Assembly: GCA_964388715.1 (NCBI GenBank)
Contig: CAYMBN010000004.1
Coordinates: 31,391 to 95,390, forward strand
Length of the DNA stretch: 64,000 bases
Source: an uncultured Methanosarcinales archaeon
GTDB lineage: Archaea > Nanobdellota > Nanobdellia > Woesearchaeales > CAYMBN01
Direction of reading: 5' to 3'
Both the position numbers and the translations under genes were made by a program. Below the pieces are notes generated by a model. The model saw only the letters and a program-made list of their open reading frames with translations, was not told the DNA's origin and ran no database searches. Below, piece by piece: positions 51,543-60,529 of the stretch; the stretch's first letter is position 1; each line of letters starts with the position of its first letter.

Positions 51543-53279
51543 ATGAGATCAATGGTTTACTATGTAGGTCAACAGAAAGATGGTACATATTGTGTTCAAG
51601 TTGAGGAAAAAGGAATAGGAAAAAAAGGTTTTAAAAGATTTTTAAGTCCTATACAGTTGTTAGCAGAACTTCAGAGGAATAATAAGGAGATTATTGCTGT
51701 TAGGTCTGCGAGTCAATCATTAGGAGGAAAAAATGAAGATATTAATGCATTTATTGAAAGGTTGTCTGTTAATTTGAGAGCAGAAGATAGTTTATATCTT
51801 ACTTTAGAAGAAAGGTTAAAATATGCTGAAGAATATTCAGAACAGTCTGGCGCATTACTTTATCTGTTGTATGGAAGAGAAAGTTCAGATGGTAGTTTTG
51901 CAGTAGAGATGATAGATTTGTGTTCTAATAGAGAGGATACTCTTGCATTAGTTCTTCCTTACAAAGAATTATATGATTTAATTAAAAAATATAGTGATAA
52001 AGTTATAGGAGTTGGAGCAAAGAGTGAATATGTACGTGTTGCAGAAGGTAAACTTAATAAGTTGTTAGAAGGTAGGCAAAAACATTTGTGTGTTAATGAG
52101 TTTGAACAAACTTGTGGAAACAGATCAAAAGCTTACAAAATTATTCATGCTGTTGATGGAAAATATAAACTAGAAATTGATGATTTATTGTCGGCAGCAG
52201 AAGTAATAACAATGGTTGTTACTCGTGATGAACTTTATGAAAAAGTTGAAAGAAATCATCAGGAGATTTTAAGAGTATGTATGCCAAAGGATTCATTTAC
52301 TAATGAATTAAATGATTTGGTTAGTGAACTTAATGCCTATGTTAAAGAAAGAGAAGTAGTAAAAACTGTTATTCCTCAACATACCTCTGGAAAAAAGTCA
52401 AAATCTTATAGGGTTGCTTATTTAAATAATGAGATGTATATTTTAGTGATAGAAGATTTATTGTCACCAGATGGACCAATAAAAAGGATTGTTACTCGTG
52501 ATGAGCTTTTTAAGGAGGTTAAGAAGAATACTAAAGAAATTATTGGTGTTGATGCTTATGGTGAAGGATGTGATGGTGAACTTAAGCAATTAGTACATGA
52601 ATTAAATAGTATTCCCAATCCAGTTCCAGCAAAAGAGAGAGAAAACTTAAATGTTGATTTATGGGGTGTAAATAAAAAGAAAGGTGTTCAGTATTGTGAA
52701 ACTGTACATGGAGATATAATTGTCAGGACAAAAAAGTATGGAGTTGTTGAATATGAATATGTGAGTCCTAAAAAGTTAGATTTAATATGTGAAGAAGCAA
52801 AAAGGTTAGGAAAAAAGATTTCAGCTAACTCTGCTTTAAGATGTGGACCACTTCCAAATGATTTTTTAGAGAATTATAAAAGAAAAGTGGTTTATACAAT
52901 CTTAAGAGGAGATGCACCCGGTTTATATAATATAGAAATAAAAGATATTTTTAATCCTAATAGAAAGTTTAAGCTTTTAAAAGAAAATGAGCCAGTTAAA
53001 GCACAATCTAGATTCCAAACAATTCAGAGAGTAGATGGTTCAATTACTTTGGAAGAAGTTAATGAAAAAGCAAAAGATCCGGGCTTAGCAAATTATTTTG
53101 AAAATGTAAGATATGAAACTTTAGAAATGTCAGTAAGAAGTTATTCCTGTGATTTAATTGGTGTTGTTGCAAAGGAGCATAATAAGTGTGAAAATATGAA
53201 AAGAACTGCATCAAGATTAAATAGGTTAATTCCAACTCCCTTACAAAATGAAGGACGTGTGGAGGGAAGTTCTCTTTAG
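51543..53279 (+). CDS. 578-aa protein built from about 5-7 tandem copies of a roughly 91-92-aa module, function unknown
   Basis: Modules start near aa 5, 104, 196, 288 and 380. Each has Y.v....DG.Y.l.i.D, then V(T/L).(D/K)EL(Y/F)..V.K....I.GV, then a helix (L..LV.ELN). GTTACTCGTGATGA recurs at 52218 and 52491, an offset of 273 nt. Confidence 0.6.
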   Translation: MRSMVYYVGQQKDGTYCVQVEEKGIGKKGFKRFLSPIQLLAELQRNNKEIIAVRSASQSLGGKNEDINAFIERLSVNLRAEDSLYLTLEERLKYAEEYSEQSGALLYLLYGRESSDGSFAVEMIDLCSNREDTLALVLPYKELYDLIKKYSDKVIGVGAKSEYVRVAEGKLNKLLEGRQKHLCVNEFEQTCGNRSKAYKIIHAVDGKYKLEIDDLLSAAEVITMVVTRDELYEKVERNHQEILRVCMPKDSFTNELNDLVSELNAYVKEREVVKTVIPQHTSGKKSKSYRVAYLNNEMYILVIEDLLSPDGPIKRIVTRDELFKEVKKNTKEIIGVDAYGEGCDGELKQLVHELNSIPNPVPAKERENLNVDLWGVNKKKGVQYCETVHGDIIVRTKKYGVVEYEYVSPKKLDLICEEAKRLGKKISANSALRCGPLPNDFLENYKRKVVYTILRGDAPGLYNIEIKDIFNPNRKFKLLKENEPVKAQSRFQTIQRVDGSITLEEVNEKAKDPGLANYFENVRYETLEMSVRSYSCDLIGVVAKEHNKCENMKRTASRLNRLIPTPLQNEGRVEGSSL

Positions 53280-53396
53280 AATACCGCTAAAAACTTTGGT
53301 GTATAAACTGCCAATGGCTGATAGAGAAAGATTATATAATCTTAAAGTAGATGATTGAGGAAGTATTAGGAAACCTGACAAACATCCTAGCGTTAT

Positions 53397-53846
53397 TTAC
53401 CCAATCCTCCGAACCTTAGGAACATAATTAAATATTCTTCCTTCTTTGTATTTACCGCAACCAAAACAATCTTCCTTATGTTTAACAATCACAAACCCAC
53501 TTAACTCATCACTGCAATCAATATCTTCTCCTTTTAACCATTTCTTTAAACCTTTTTCATCAACCTCAAGAACATTCTTCTTAGCATTAACTAATTGACT
53601 TCCTTCAATACTTAATCTAAGCTCACTTTTGATTTCACCAAAATACAATCCAAGAGAATTCACTCTTAATCTAGAAAAATCAATATCAAAAACATCTTTA
53701 TCAACCAAGTATAACTTACTTTTGTCAGATTTTAACCACACAAAATCTTGTTTAACACAACCATTCCACTGCTTTTTAATCATGTTAAGTATTTCTTTTG
53801 CTTGCTTCTTATTCAAAATAGTAAGATTTTGCATTAAACTCCCCAT
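53397..53846 (-). CDS. Nip7-like pre-PUA/PUA RNA-binding protein
   Basis: About 145-149 aa. The N-terminal half is a helical/beta region, and the C-terminal GFVIVKHKEDCFGCGKYKEGRIFNYVPK resembles a PUA-type beta barrel. An alternative ATG at 53834 overlaps the aIF5B stop. Confidence 0.4.
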   Translation of the reverse strand: MGSLMQNLTILNKKQAKEILNMIKKQWNGCVKQDFVWLKSDKSKLYLVDKDVFDIDFSRLRVNSLGLYFGEIKSELRLSIEGSQLVNAKKNVLEVDEKGLKKWLKGEDIDCSDELSGFVIVKHKEDCFGCGKYKEGRIFNYVPKVRRIG

Positions 53847-55582
53847 AAAACATTTTCTTTACGTTTAATCTCAGCAATCTCTTTAAGAATTTCAATATCT
53901 TCTTTTGTTAAATGTTTTTTAACTTCTTTCAATTTTCTGAACTCTTGTTCAGAAATAGCACTATATAATATATCACCTTCATTGATCTGCCTTCCAACAG
54001 TAACCTTACTCAGAGAAGCTGCAACTCTTTTCTCCTTTTCAGCTTTATTAACATTCTTTTTTTCCTCTTGCATACTTAAAACATTTGTTATCTCTTTCCC
54101 ATCCTTTTTCATTAAACCAATTCCAGTTTTCAAAATTCCACCGATAACTTCAACACCAACAATAGCAGGATTATTTTGTCTAAAAACATACCCTTTTAAC
54201 AATTCAACTTTACACGGCATTGTTAGTTCATCAAGTGCACCAGCTTCTTGCCTAATCTTTTCTTCTTTAACCCATGCTTCAAAGTCTTCAATCAGTTTGT
54301 AGATAACTTTATTTACAATAATCTTAACCTTACTACTCTTAACCTTAGAATCATCAACAACATTAAAACCCAATATAACACTTTTCAAAATATCTTCATT
54401 ACTTTCAGCATCAGATATATCTTTTTTAGTTATATTGCCAACTTGCGCTTTCCTTACCATAATATCTTTATCCTTAAGTAACTTAACCAATGCTTCTAAA
54501 CTACCTAATGTATCTGCTTTAATTATAATACCATCTTTATCAATTTCAATCAAAGCTTCCTTCACCTCTTTTTGAATCTCTTTTTTAACTTTCTCAACCT
54601 CACTTTGTTTACAAGAAACAATTGGCATCCCTGCAATAACTTTATCAAGTTCAGGTGCACTTATCTTAACACCAACTGCAGCAAAAACCTGTTTAACAGA
54701 CTTAAACTTAGTTTTTTTATCACGCATCTCTTTTAATGGTGCAGGTTCAAGCAAAGCTCTAACCTTAGTAACAATTGGTTTATCAACAGAACCAATTACA
54801 ATTGTATCATTTTGTTTCAATGTTCCATTATAAATTATTACATCAATTGTAGTACCAAGCCCTTTCTCCTCTTTAACTTCCAAAACACTTCCTTTTGCAT
54901 TTCCTTTTACATCACATTTAAGACATTCTTCCAAAAACTTTTGTGCAAGACCAGATATAACCATTAACAATTCAGGAATACCTTCTCCTGTCTTTGCACT
55001 GCAAGGAACAATTGCAATTTGTTTTGTAAAATCATCAATTCTATCAAACCTTTCAGAATTAAAATCAAGCTCACTTAATTTTCCAACAATCTCATACATC
55101 TTTTTTTCAACTGTTTCAACAACATTCTGTGTTTGTTTTTGAATATTATTTAACACAAACTTTTCTTTTGACTTCCAACCAGGTAAAAGATCAACTTTAT
55201 TTGCAGCAATTATAAACGGTGTCTTAGAAATCTTTAATATTTTAATTGATTCAAGTGTTTGCGGCTTAAAACCTTCATTAATATCAATAACAAGAATAGC
55301 AATATCAGCTAAATTTCCACCTCTTTTCCTTAAACTTGTAAATGCTTCGTGACCAGGTGTATCAATAAATAATAAACCAGGAATAGTCAACTTAGTTTTC
55401 TTAATCAAATCTCCACATATCTTTTGTATTGTTTTAATCGGAACAATTGACGCACCAACATGTTGTGTTATCATACCTGGTTCAGTATTAATTATAGTGC
55501 TGCCTCTAATCTTATCAAGTATACTTGACTTTCCATGGTCTACATGACCTACAACAGTACATATTGGACTTCTAATTGCCAT
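53834..55582 (-). CDS. infB: Translation initiation factor aIF5B (IF2P)
   Basis: It has RSPICTVVGHVDHGKSSILDKIRG (G1), DTPGHEAF (G3) and NKVD (G4). The four-domain length of 582 aa has no N-terminal extension, as expected for archaeal aIF5B. Confidence 0.92.
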   Translation of the reverse strand: MAIRSPICTVVGHVDHGKSSILDKIRGSTIINTEPGMITQHVGASIVPIKTIQKICGDLIKKTKLTIPGLLFIDTPGHEAFTSLRKRGGNLADIAILVIDINEGFKPQTLESIKILKISKTPFIIAANKVDLLPGWKSKEKFVLNNIQKQTQNVVETVEKKMYEIVGKLSELDFNSERFDRIDDFTKQIAIVPCSAKTGEGIPELLMVISGLAQKFLEECLKCDVKGNAKGSVLEVKEEKGLGTTIDVIIYNGTLKQNDTIVIGSVDKPIVTKVRALLEPAPLKEMRDKKTKFKSVKQVFAAVGVKISAPELDKVIAGMPIVSCKQSEVEKVKKEIQKEVKEALIEIDKDGIIIKADTLGSLEALVKLLKDKDIMVRKAQVGNITKKDISDAESNEDILKSVILGFNVVDDSKVKSSKVKIIVNKVIYKLIEDFEAWVKEEKIRQEAGALDELTMPCKVELLKGYVFRQNNPAIVGVEVIGGILKTGIGLMKKDGKEITNVLSMQEEKKNVNKAEKEKRVAASLSKVTVGRQINEGDILYSAISEQEFRKLKEVKKHLTKEDIEILKEIAEIKRKENVLWGV

Positions 55583-55657
55583 TTTAAAGATTAAAACAAG
55601 ACTTTCTTTTTAAAATTTCCTATAAATATATAAATCCTCTATTATTCCTTCTTTCTC

Positions 55658-56113
55658 ATGAAATACCTTCATAACATAAAAATAACAGTCTTTGTAAAAC
55701 CAGATGAAGACTTAGAATTAATCAAAACCACTTTAATAAACCTAATCCCTTTCAACCTTGAAAAAGAAAAAATCCAACTAAAGGAATCCACTGCAACAAG
55801 CTTTGAACAAAGAAAAATCATAGTCCTTAACATATCTCTCGCCAAAACAAGACACACAAATTCATTCCTAAAATTCTTATTAAACAAACTCTCTGGTGAA
55901 CAAAAACAACTCTTACTAAAACAAGCACTCTCTCGTTTAGATAATGAACAAAAATTCTTTATCCGCTTAGACAAAAATTATCTCCTAAACAACAAATTCA
56001 AAATAACAGACTCTGGTGACTGCTTTCACATAAAAATGGGCATTGCATCTTTCCCAAGTACAAAGCAAAACTCACTTAAGATCATCAAAGAATTATTAAC
56101 TACTTTCAAGTAA
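55658..56113 (+). CDS. DUF54/COG1931-type RNA-binding protein (exosome-associated family)
   Basis: IKITVFVKPDEDLELIKTTLINLIP... and the later LDNEQKFFIRLDKNYL match the conserved pattern of this archaeal family (..hpTED..kV...l.nl.p / ld..g.fyiRlDKq). Confidence 0.45.
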   Translation: MKYLHNIKITVFVKPDEDLELIKTTLINLIPFNLEKEKIQLKESTATSFEQRKIIVLNISLAKTRHTNSFLKFLLNKLSGEQKQLLLKQALSRLDNEQKFFIRLDKNYLLNNKFKITDSGDCFHIKMGIASFPSTKQNSLKIIKELLTTFK

Positions 56114-56128
56114 CAATAAACCAAAAGA

Positions 56129-56136
56129 TTTATAAA
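56129..56136 (+). promoter_or_regulatory. TATA box
   Basis: TTTATAAA lies 31 nt upstream of the ATG at 56160. Confidence 0.45.
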
Positions 56137-56159
56137 GAGTAAATTTCTTTTATTCTATT

Positions 56160-56633
56160 ATGCCAGATGAACAACCACAACCAAGCACACCTGGAAAATC
56201 TTTAGTAGACAGAGTATGTGATGGATTTACTAATGTATGGAATGGTTTCTCTGATTTTGTTAACATTACTTATGAAGGTTTTACATCTTCAATTGATTAT
56301 TGCTCAGCTGTTTATGGACATTTTGTAAACAAGGAATTAGATAATTTAGGTTATGAATCTGCTAAAAACATTCAAGCAAGAGATAATGCTTGGTACAATG
56401 TAATAGGAAGCACTCTTGGTGTTGCAACAGGCTTCTCAACAATGCTATATATGGGAGCTGCTCTTGCAGGACCAATTGGATTTGTATTAGCACCCTTATT
56501 AATTCCACTTGGATTTGCAGGTGGTCAATATGCATACAAAAAATACTGCACAGCTCCACCCAAAGAAGAAAAAAAAGAATTATCAAAAGAAGAGCAATTA
56601 CAACAGATGATTCAACAAGCTCAAGGAGCATAA
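56160..56633 (+). CDS. Hypothetical membrane protein
   Basis: 157 aa with two Gly/Ala-rich TM segments (VIGSTLGVATGFSTMLYMGAALAGPIGFVLAPLLIPLGFAGG). Confidence 0.45.
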   Translation: MPDEQPQPSTPGKSLVDRVCDGFTNVWNGFSDFVNITYEGFTSSIDYCSAVYGHFVNKELDNLGYESAKNIQARDNAWYNVIGSTLGVATGFSTMLYMGAALAGPIGFVLAPLLIPLGFAGGQYAYKKYCTAPPKEEKKELSKEEQLQQMIQQAQGA

Positions 56634-56666
56634 AAACATAAATATAATAACTTATTTCTCTTGTTT

Positions 56667-57314
56667 ATGCAAATCAAAATAGCACCTTCAATATTATCAG
56701 CAGACTTCTCAAACCTAGCACAACAAATAAAATTAATAGAAAACCAAGCAGACATGATTCACATAGATGTAATGGATGGTCACTTTGTTCCACAGATCAC
56801 ATATGGACAATTAATAGTAAAAACAATGAAAAAAATAACTTCTCTTCCACTTGATGTACACTTAATGATATCAAATCCAGAAAAATACATTGATTCATTT
56901 GCAAAAGCAGGTGCAGACATAATAACAATCCACCAAGAAACAACAGATCAGCTACCACAACTAATCCAACAAATAAAAAAACACAATATCAAAGCATCTG
57001 TTGCACTTAACCCAGCAACACCTTTATCAACAATAGAACCTCTTCTCAATAGTCTTGACATGGTTTTACTTATGACAGTTAACCCTGGCTTTGCAGGCCA
57101 ATCATTTATCTCATCAGTCCTTGACAAAATAAAAAAATTAAGACAACTTAAACCTAATCTTGACATACAAGTAGATGGTGGAATATCGCTAGAAACAATC
57201 AAAGAACCAGTTAATGCAGGCGCAAACATATTAGTAGCAGGCTCTGCAATCTTCTCTACAGAAGATCCAAAACAAGCAATCACTGATTTAAAAGCAAAAG
57301 TTTTAAATAAATAA
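56667..57314 (+). CDS. rpe: Ribulose-phosphate 3-epimerase
   Basis: It has IAPSILSADF, IHIDVMDGHFVP, VNPGFAGQ.F and VDGGI. I chose the ATG at 56667; the track begins at a TTG at 56661. Confidence 0.9.
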   Translation: MQIKIAPSILSADFSNLAQQIKLIENQADMIHIDVMDGHFVPQITYGQLIVKTMKKITSLPLDVHLMISNPEKYIDSFAKAGADIITIHQETTDQLPQLIQQIKKHNIKASVALNPATPLSTIEPLLNSLDMVLLMTVNPGFAGQSFISSVLDKIKKLRQLKPNLDIQVDGGISLETIKEPVNAGANILVAGSAIFSTEDPKQAITDLKAKVLNK

Positions 57315-57332
57315 AAAAACCTTACCAACATA

Positions 57333-58451
57333 ATGAAAAAAGAGTTCATAGTTAATCCATGGCAAGTAAAAGGAGACATAGATTACAACAAGCTTTCTAA
57401 AGAATTTGGAATTCAACCTTTAGATAAATTACCTAAAGTATTCAATGAAAATGTTCTTTTTAGAAGAAAAATAGTTTTTGCACATAGAGATTTTCAACAA
57501 ATTCTAGAAGCAAAAAAAGATAAGAAACCTTTTGTTATGATGACAGGTTTAATGCCAAGTGGTAAATTTCACATAGGACATATGCTACTTGCACAACAAA
57601 TGATTTTTTATCAAAAATTAGGAGCCAAACTTTACATTGCTGTTGCAGATATAGAATCTTATAATGCAAGAGGACAAAGTTTAGAAGAAAGTAAAAAAAT
57701 AGCAATAGAGGAATATATTACTAATTACATTGCTCTTGGTTTAAAACCAAAAAATTGTGTAATTTACTTCCAAAGTGACCGTTCTAATAATACTAAAAAA
57801 TCAAACACTTATTACAAATTACAAAACCTATTTGCAAAACATGTTACTTTCAATGAATTCAAAGCAATATATGGGAATATAACTCCTGGAAAAATGATTT
57901 CTGCTTTACTTCAAGCAGCAGACATATTCCACCCTCAATTAAAAGAATTTGAAGGACCTGTACCTGTTTTTGTACCTGTAGGAGTTGATCAAGATCCACA
58001 TTTAAGATTAGCAAGAGATTTAGGCAAAAGACTAAAAAAATATAACTTCAAAAGATTAAGCTCAACTTATCATAAGTTTATGCCAGGACTTAATGGTGGA
58101 AAAATGTCATCTTCTGAACCTAATTCATACATTGCTTTAACAGATACTCCAAAGGAAGCAGAAAAAAAGATTAAAAAATATGCATTTTCAGGAGGAAGAG
58201 CAACATTAAAAGAACACAGGAAAAAAGGAGGAAACCCAGATATTGATGTTTCTTATCAGTATTTACACAACTTCTTTGAACCAGATGACAAAAAACTAAA
58301 AAAGATTTACAATGATTATAAAAGTGGAAAACTATTAACAGGAGAACTAAAAAACATTCTAATTGAAAAACTAAAGAAATTCCTAACTACTCACCAAAAA
58401 AATAGAGAGAAAGCTAAAAAACAACTGGATAAATTTTTACTTAAAGATTAA
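57333..58451 (+). CDS. trpS: Tryptophan--tRNA ligase (archaeal/eukaryotic type)
   Basis: The N-terminus reads NPWQVKGDIDYNKLSKEFG. GLMPSGKFHIGH is the HIGH motif and KMSSS is the KMSKS variant typical of TrpRS. Confidence 0.85.
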   Translation: MKKEFIVNPWQVKGDIDYNKLSKEFGIQPLDKLPKVFNENVLFRRKIVFAHRDFQQILEAKKDKKPFVMMTGLMPSGKFHIGHMLLAQQMIFYQKLGAKLYIAVADIESYNARGQSLEESKKIAIEEYITNYIALGLKPKNCVIYFQSDRSNNTKKSNTYYKLQNLFAKHVTFNEFKAIYGNITPGKMISALLQAADIFHPQLKEFEGPVPVFVPVGVDQDPHLRLARDLGKRLKKYNFKRLSSTYHKFMPGLNGGKMSSSEPNSYIALTDTPKEAEKKIKKYAFSGGRATLKEHRKKGGNPDIDVSYQYLHNFFEPDDKKLKKIYNDYKSGKLLTGELKNILIEKLKKFLTTHQKNREKAKKQLDKFLLKD

Positions 58452-58509
58452 ATTTTTAGAAATATTTAAATATATTAAAAACCATTTTTAATTAAAAGAG
58501 GTGATTTAG

Positions 58510-58749
58510 ATGGCAAGACCATTACCAGTTTCATTTTTATTAGTAGGCATTTTTGGAACATTAATATTTGGACTTTGGACTTATTCTGGTAGAGTTTCAA
58601 AAACATGGGGAATAACAATGGTTATATTCTGTTTAGTGTTATTTATAGCATCATTAGTTTCATTAGAACCAGAGGAACTACCAAAAAGAAAAACTAAAAG
58701 GAAATCAGTTAAACCTAGAAAGAAACCAAAAAAGAAAAAAAGGAAATAA
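58510..58749 (+). CDS. Small two-TM protein with a poly-basic tail
   Basis: 79 aa. The hydrophobic N-terminal two thirds are followed by PKRKTKRKSVKPRKKPKKKKRK. AGAGGTGA lies 5 nt upstream. Confidence 0.4.
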   Translation: MARPLPVSFLLVGIFGTLIFGLWTYSGRVSKTWGITMVIFCLVLFIASLVSLEPEELPKRKTKRKSVKPRKKPKKKKRK

Positions 58750-59046
58750 TTATTTTTTCTTATCAAATTTTTCTTTTGCTTTTTCTTCTTTCCAATAAAC
58801 AATATGTGAAGCTCTCTTCTCAAACAATGCAATAGCAACAGTGATCATATCAGTCTGATAAGTTTTCAAATTCTTACTTTCAATAATATGTTTTGCATCT
58901 TCAATACACTGTTTCATCAACTTAACATTCTCAGACCGAGCATTATCCTCCTGTTCCTTAACCTCCCCATCTGTCAGAAACACTTCTTCCCATTTAGGAT
59001 AATTACTTCCTTTTATTGTCCTCGGAAACGACTTTGAAAATCCCAT
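58750..59046 (-). CDS. Hypothetical 98-aa protein downstream of the HerA-like ATPase
   Basis: Same strand, 55 nt after the ATPase stop. No motif recognised. Confidence 0.4.
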   Translation of the reverse strand: MGFSKSFPRTIKGSNYPKWEEVFLTDGEVKEQEDNARSENVKLMKQCIEDAKHIIESKNLKTYQTDMITVAIALFEKRASHIVYWKEEKAKEKFDKKK

Positions 59047-59101
59047 TTTAGAAGGAATAATTGATTATATTTTAAAAATTTTGTTGGGATAAAGTATTCA
59101 C

Positions 59102-60412
59102 TTACTCAAACAACTTCTTCTCTTTCTTTATTGCAGTAGGTGCTTCTCCTCCATGCCATGTAAACCTCGGCCTTACCTGCACAGGATATATTTTTTCATT
59201 CTCATCATCCATAATTAATGCAGCACCTTTTGTCCTAGGTAGTTCATTTAACTCTTGATCAAGTGCCTGCCTCATATAACTTTGAGTTAATTTACCTAAC
59301 GCATCTGTATCAACTTTTGCAGTTATTCTGTGAGAAATAATTATGTCTGACTGAGTCATAACATCAGTATTAATTTTACCAGGTTGTTGTGATGCCAAAA
59401 CCAATGAAATACCGGGTTCACGTCCTTCCCTAAGTATAGTCACAAGTGCATCAGTTGCAGCAGTCTTTTCATTATGTGGCAAAAATTCATGTGCCTCATC
59501 AACAACCAACCATGTCTGTGGCACTTTTTTTTTCTCATCACTTTCCTCTGTTAAGTAATGTGTAGCTTCTTTTATTATAGAAAATTCCTCATTCTTCCTT
59601 GCAACCATCCTTTCAATAAACAACTTTTTAGAAACAATACCAATAACAAGCGCTTTTATAAGCCATCCATCAGGTAAAACAGAATAACAACTTAAATCTA
59701 ACACACTTACTGTTCCTGCCGTAGCTAAATCTTTAATCTCAGTACCTTTCTCACTAAACACTCCCCAACTGTTTGTATTGATAAAATGGTTTATTACTAT
59801 ATTCTTTGAATCTTGACTGAAATCAATTTGTTCTTTTATTGTACCTATTATATCATCAATAGAATATTCTTTATCTTTTAACAAGTTAACAATCCTTTCA
59901 ATCAAAACACCTTCTTGAGAATTCAAAACTATTCCAAATGTTAAACACCAATCAACAGCATCAAGTTCATGCGGTCTTATTGAAAAAGGAAAATCAGTTG
60001 GAATCCCTTTATCCTTATTTTCTTTAAAATAACCAAAAGGAGTAAATATCCTAACATTAATTTCCTTTCCATGTAAATCCCACTGTTTTAACAACATCTC
60101 ATCCTTATGATTAGGATATTTCATTGTCCAATAAATCCCCATTGTATCAAATATTAAAACAGACAAATTCTGCCTTATCTCAACAGGCAAAGAAACAATA
60201 CCTTCTGCAATAATACCTAAAGTATAAGATTTACCAGCACCTCTTTTACCACACACAAATACAACATGACTTCTTGTAACATCCATTAGAATAGGGGTAG
60301 AAAGTGATGTAACTTGTCCCATTTTAACATAATGCTTTGCTAAAAGAATAGTACCTTTTGCACCAAACAAATCTCTATCTTTCTTACTCCTACCTATAAT
60401 AATATCATACAT
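59102..60412 (-). CDS. HerA/DUF87-type (COG0433) P-loop ATPase
   Basis: It has VFVCGKRGAGKSYTLG (Walker A) and WLVVDEAHEFLP (Walker B), with an N-terminal barrel-like region. The ATG at 60412 is about 30 nt from a TTTATAC box; the track start is 60421. Confidence 0.7.
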   Translation of the reverse strand: MYDIIIGRSKKDRDLFGAKGTILLAKHYVKMGQVTSLSTPILMDVTRSHVVFVCGKRGAGKSYTLGIIAEGIVSLPVEIRQNLSVLIFDTMGIYWTMKYPNHKDEMLLKQWDLHGKEINVRIFTPFGYFKENKDKGIPTDFPFSIRPHELDAVDWCLTFGIVLNSQEGVLIERIVNLLKDKEYSIDDIIGTIKEQIDFSQDSKNIVINHFINTNSWGVFSEKGTEIKDLATAGTVSVLDLSCYSVLPDGWLIKALVIGIVSKKLFIERMVARKNEEFSIIKEATHYLTEESDEKKKVPQTWLVVDEAHEFLPHNEKTAATDALVTILREGREPGISLVLASQQPGKINTDVMTQSDIIISHRITAKVDTDALGKLTQSYMRQALDQELNELPRTKGAALIMDDENEKIYPVQVRPRFTWHGGEAPTAIKKEKKLFE

Positions 60413-60529
60413 ATGGGGCAATAAGACAAGGAGAGTATAAATCTTTTTGGAACCATTTTATAGTAAGAAAAAATCGAAATATTTATTAAAGAGTAATTCC
60501 TACCCCATTTAAACACAGGGGGTGTTTGA

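Noticed and set aside
49055-53396. The island as an integrated provirus or classical integrative element
   Set aside because: I see no integrase, transposase, capsid-like gene or flanking tRNA. I also found no convincing direct repeats at the borders by eye. Foreign origin is inferred from composition only.
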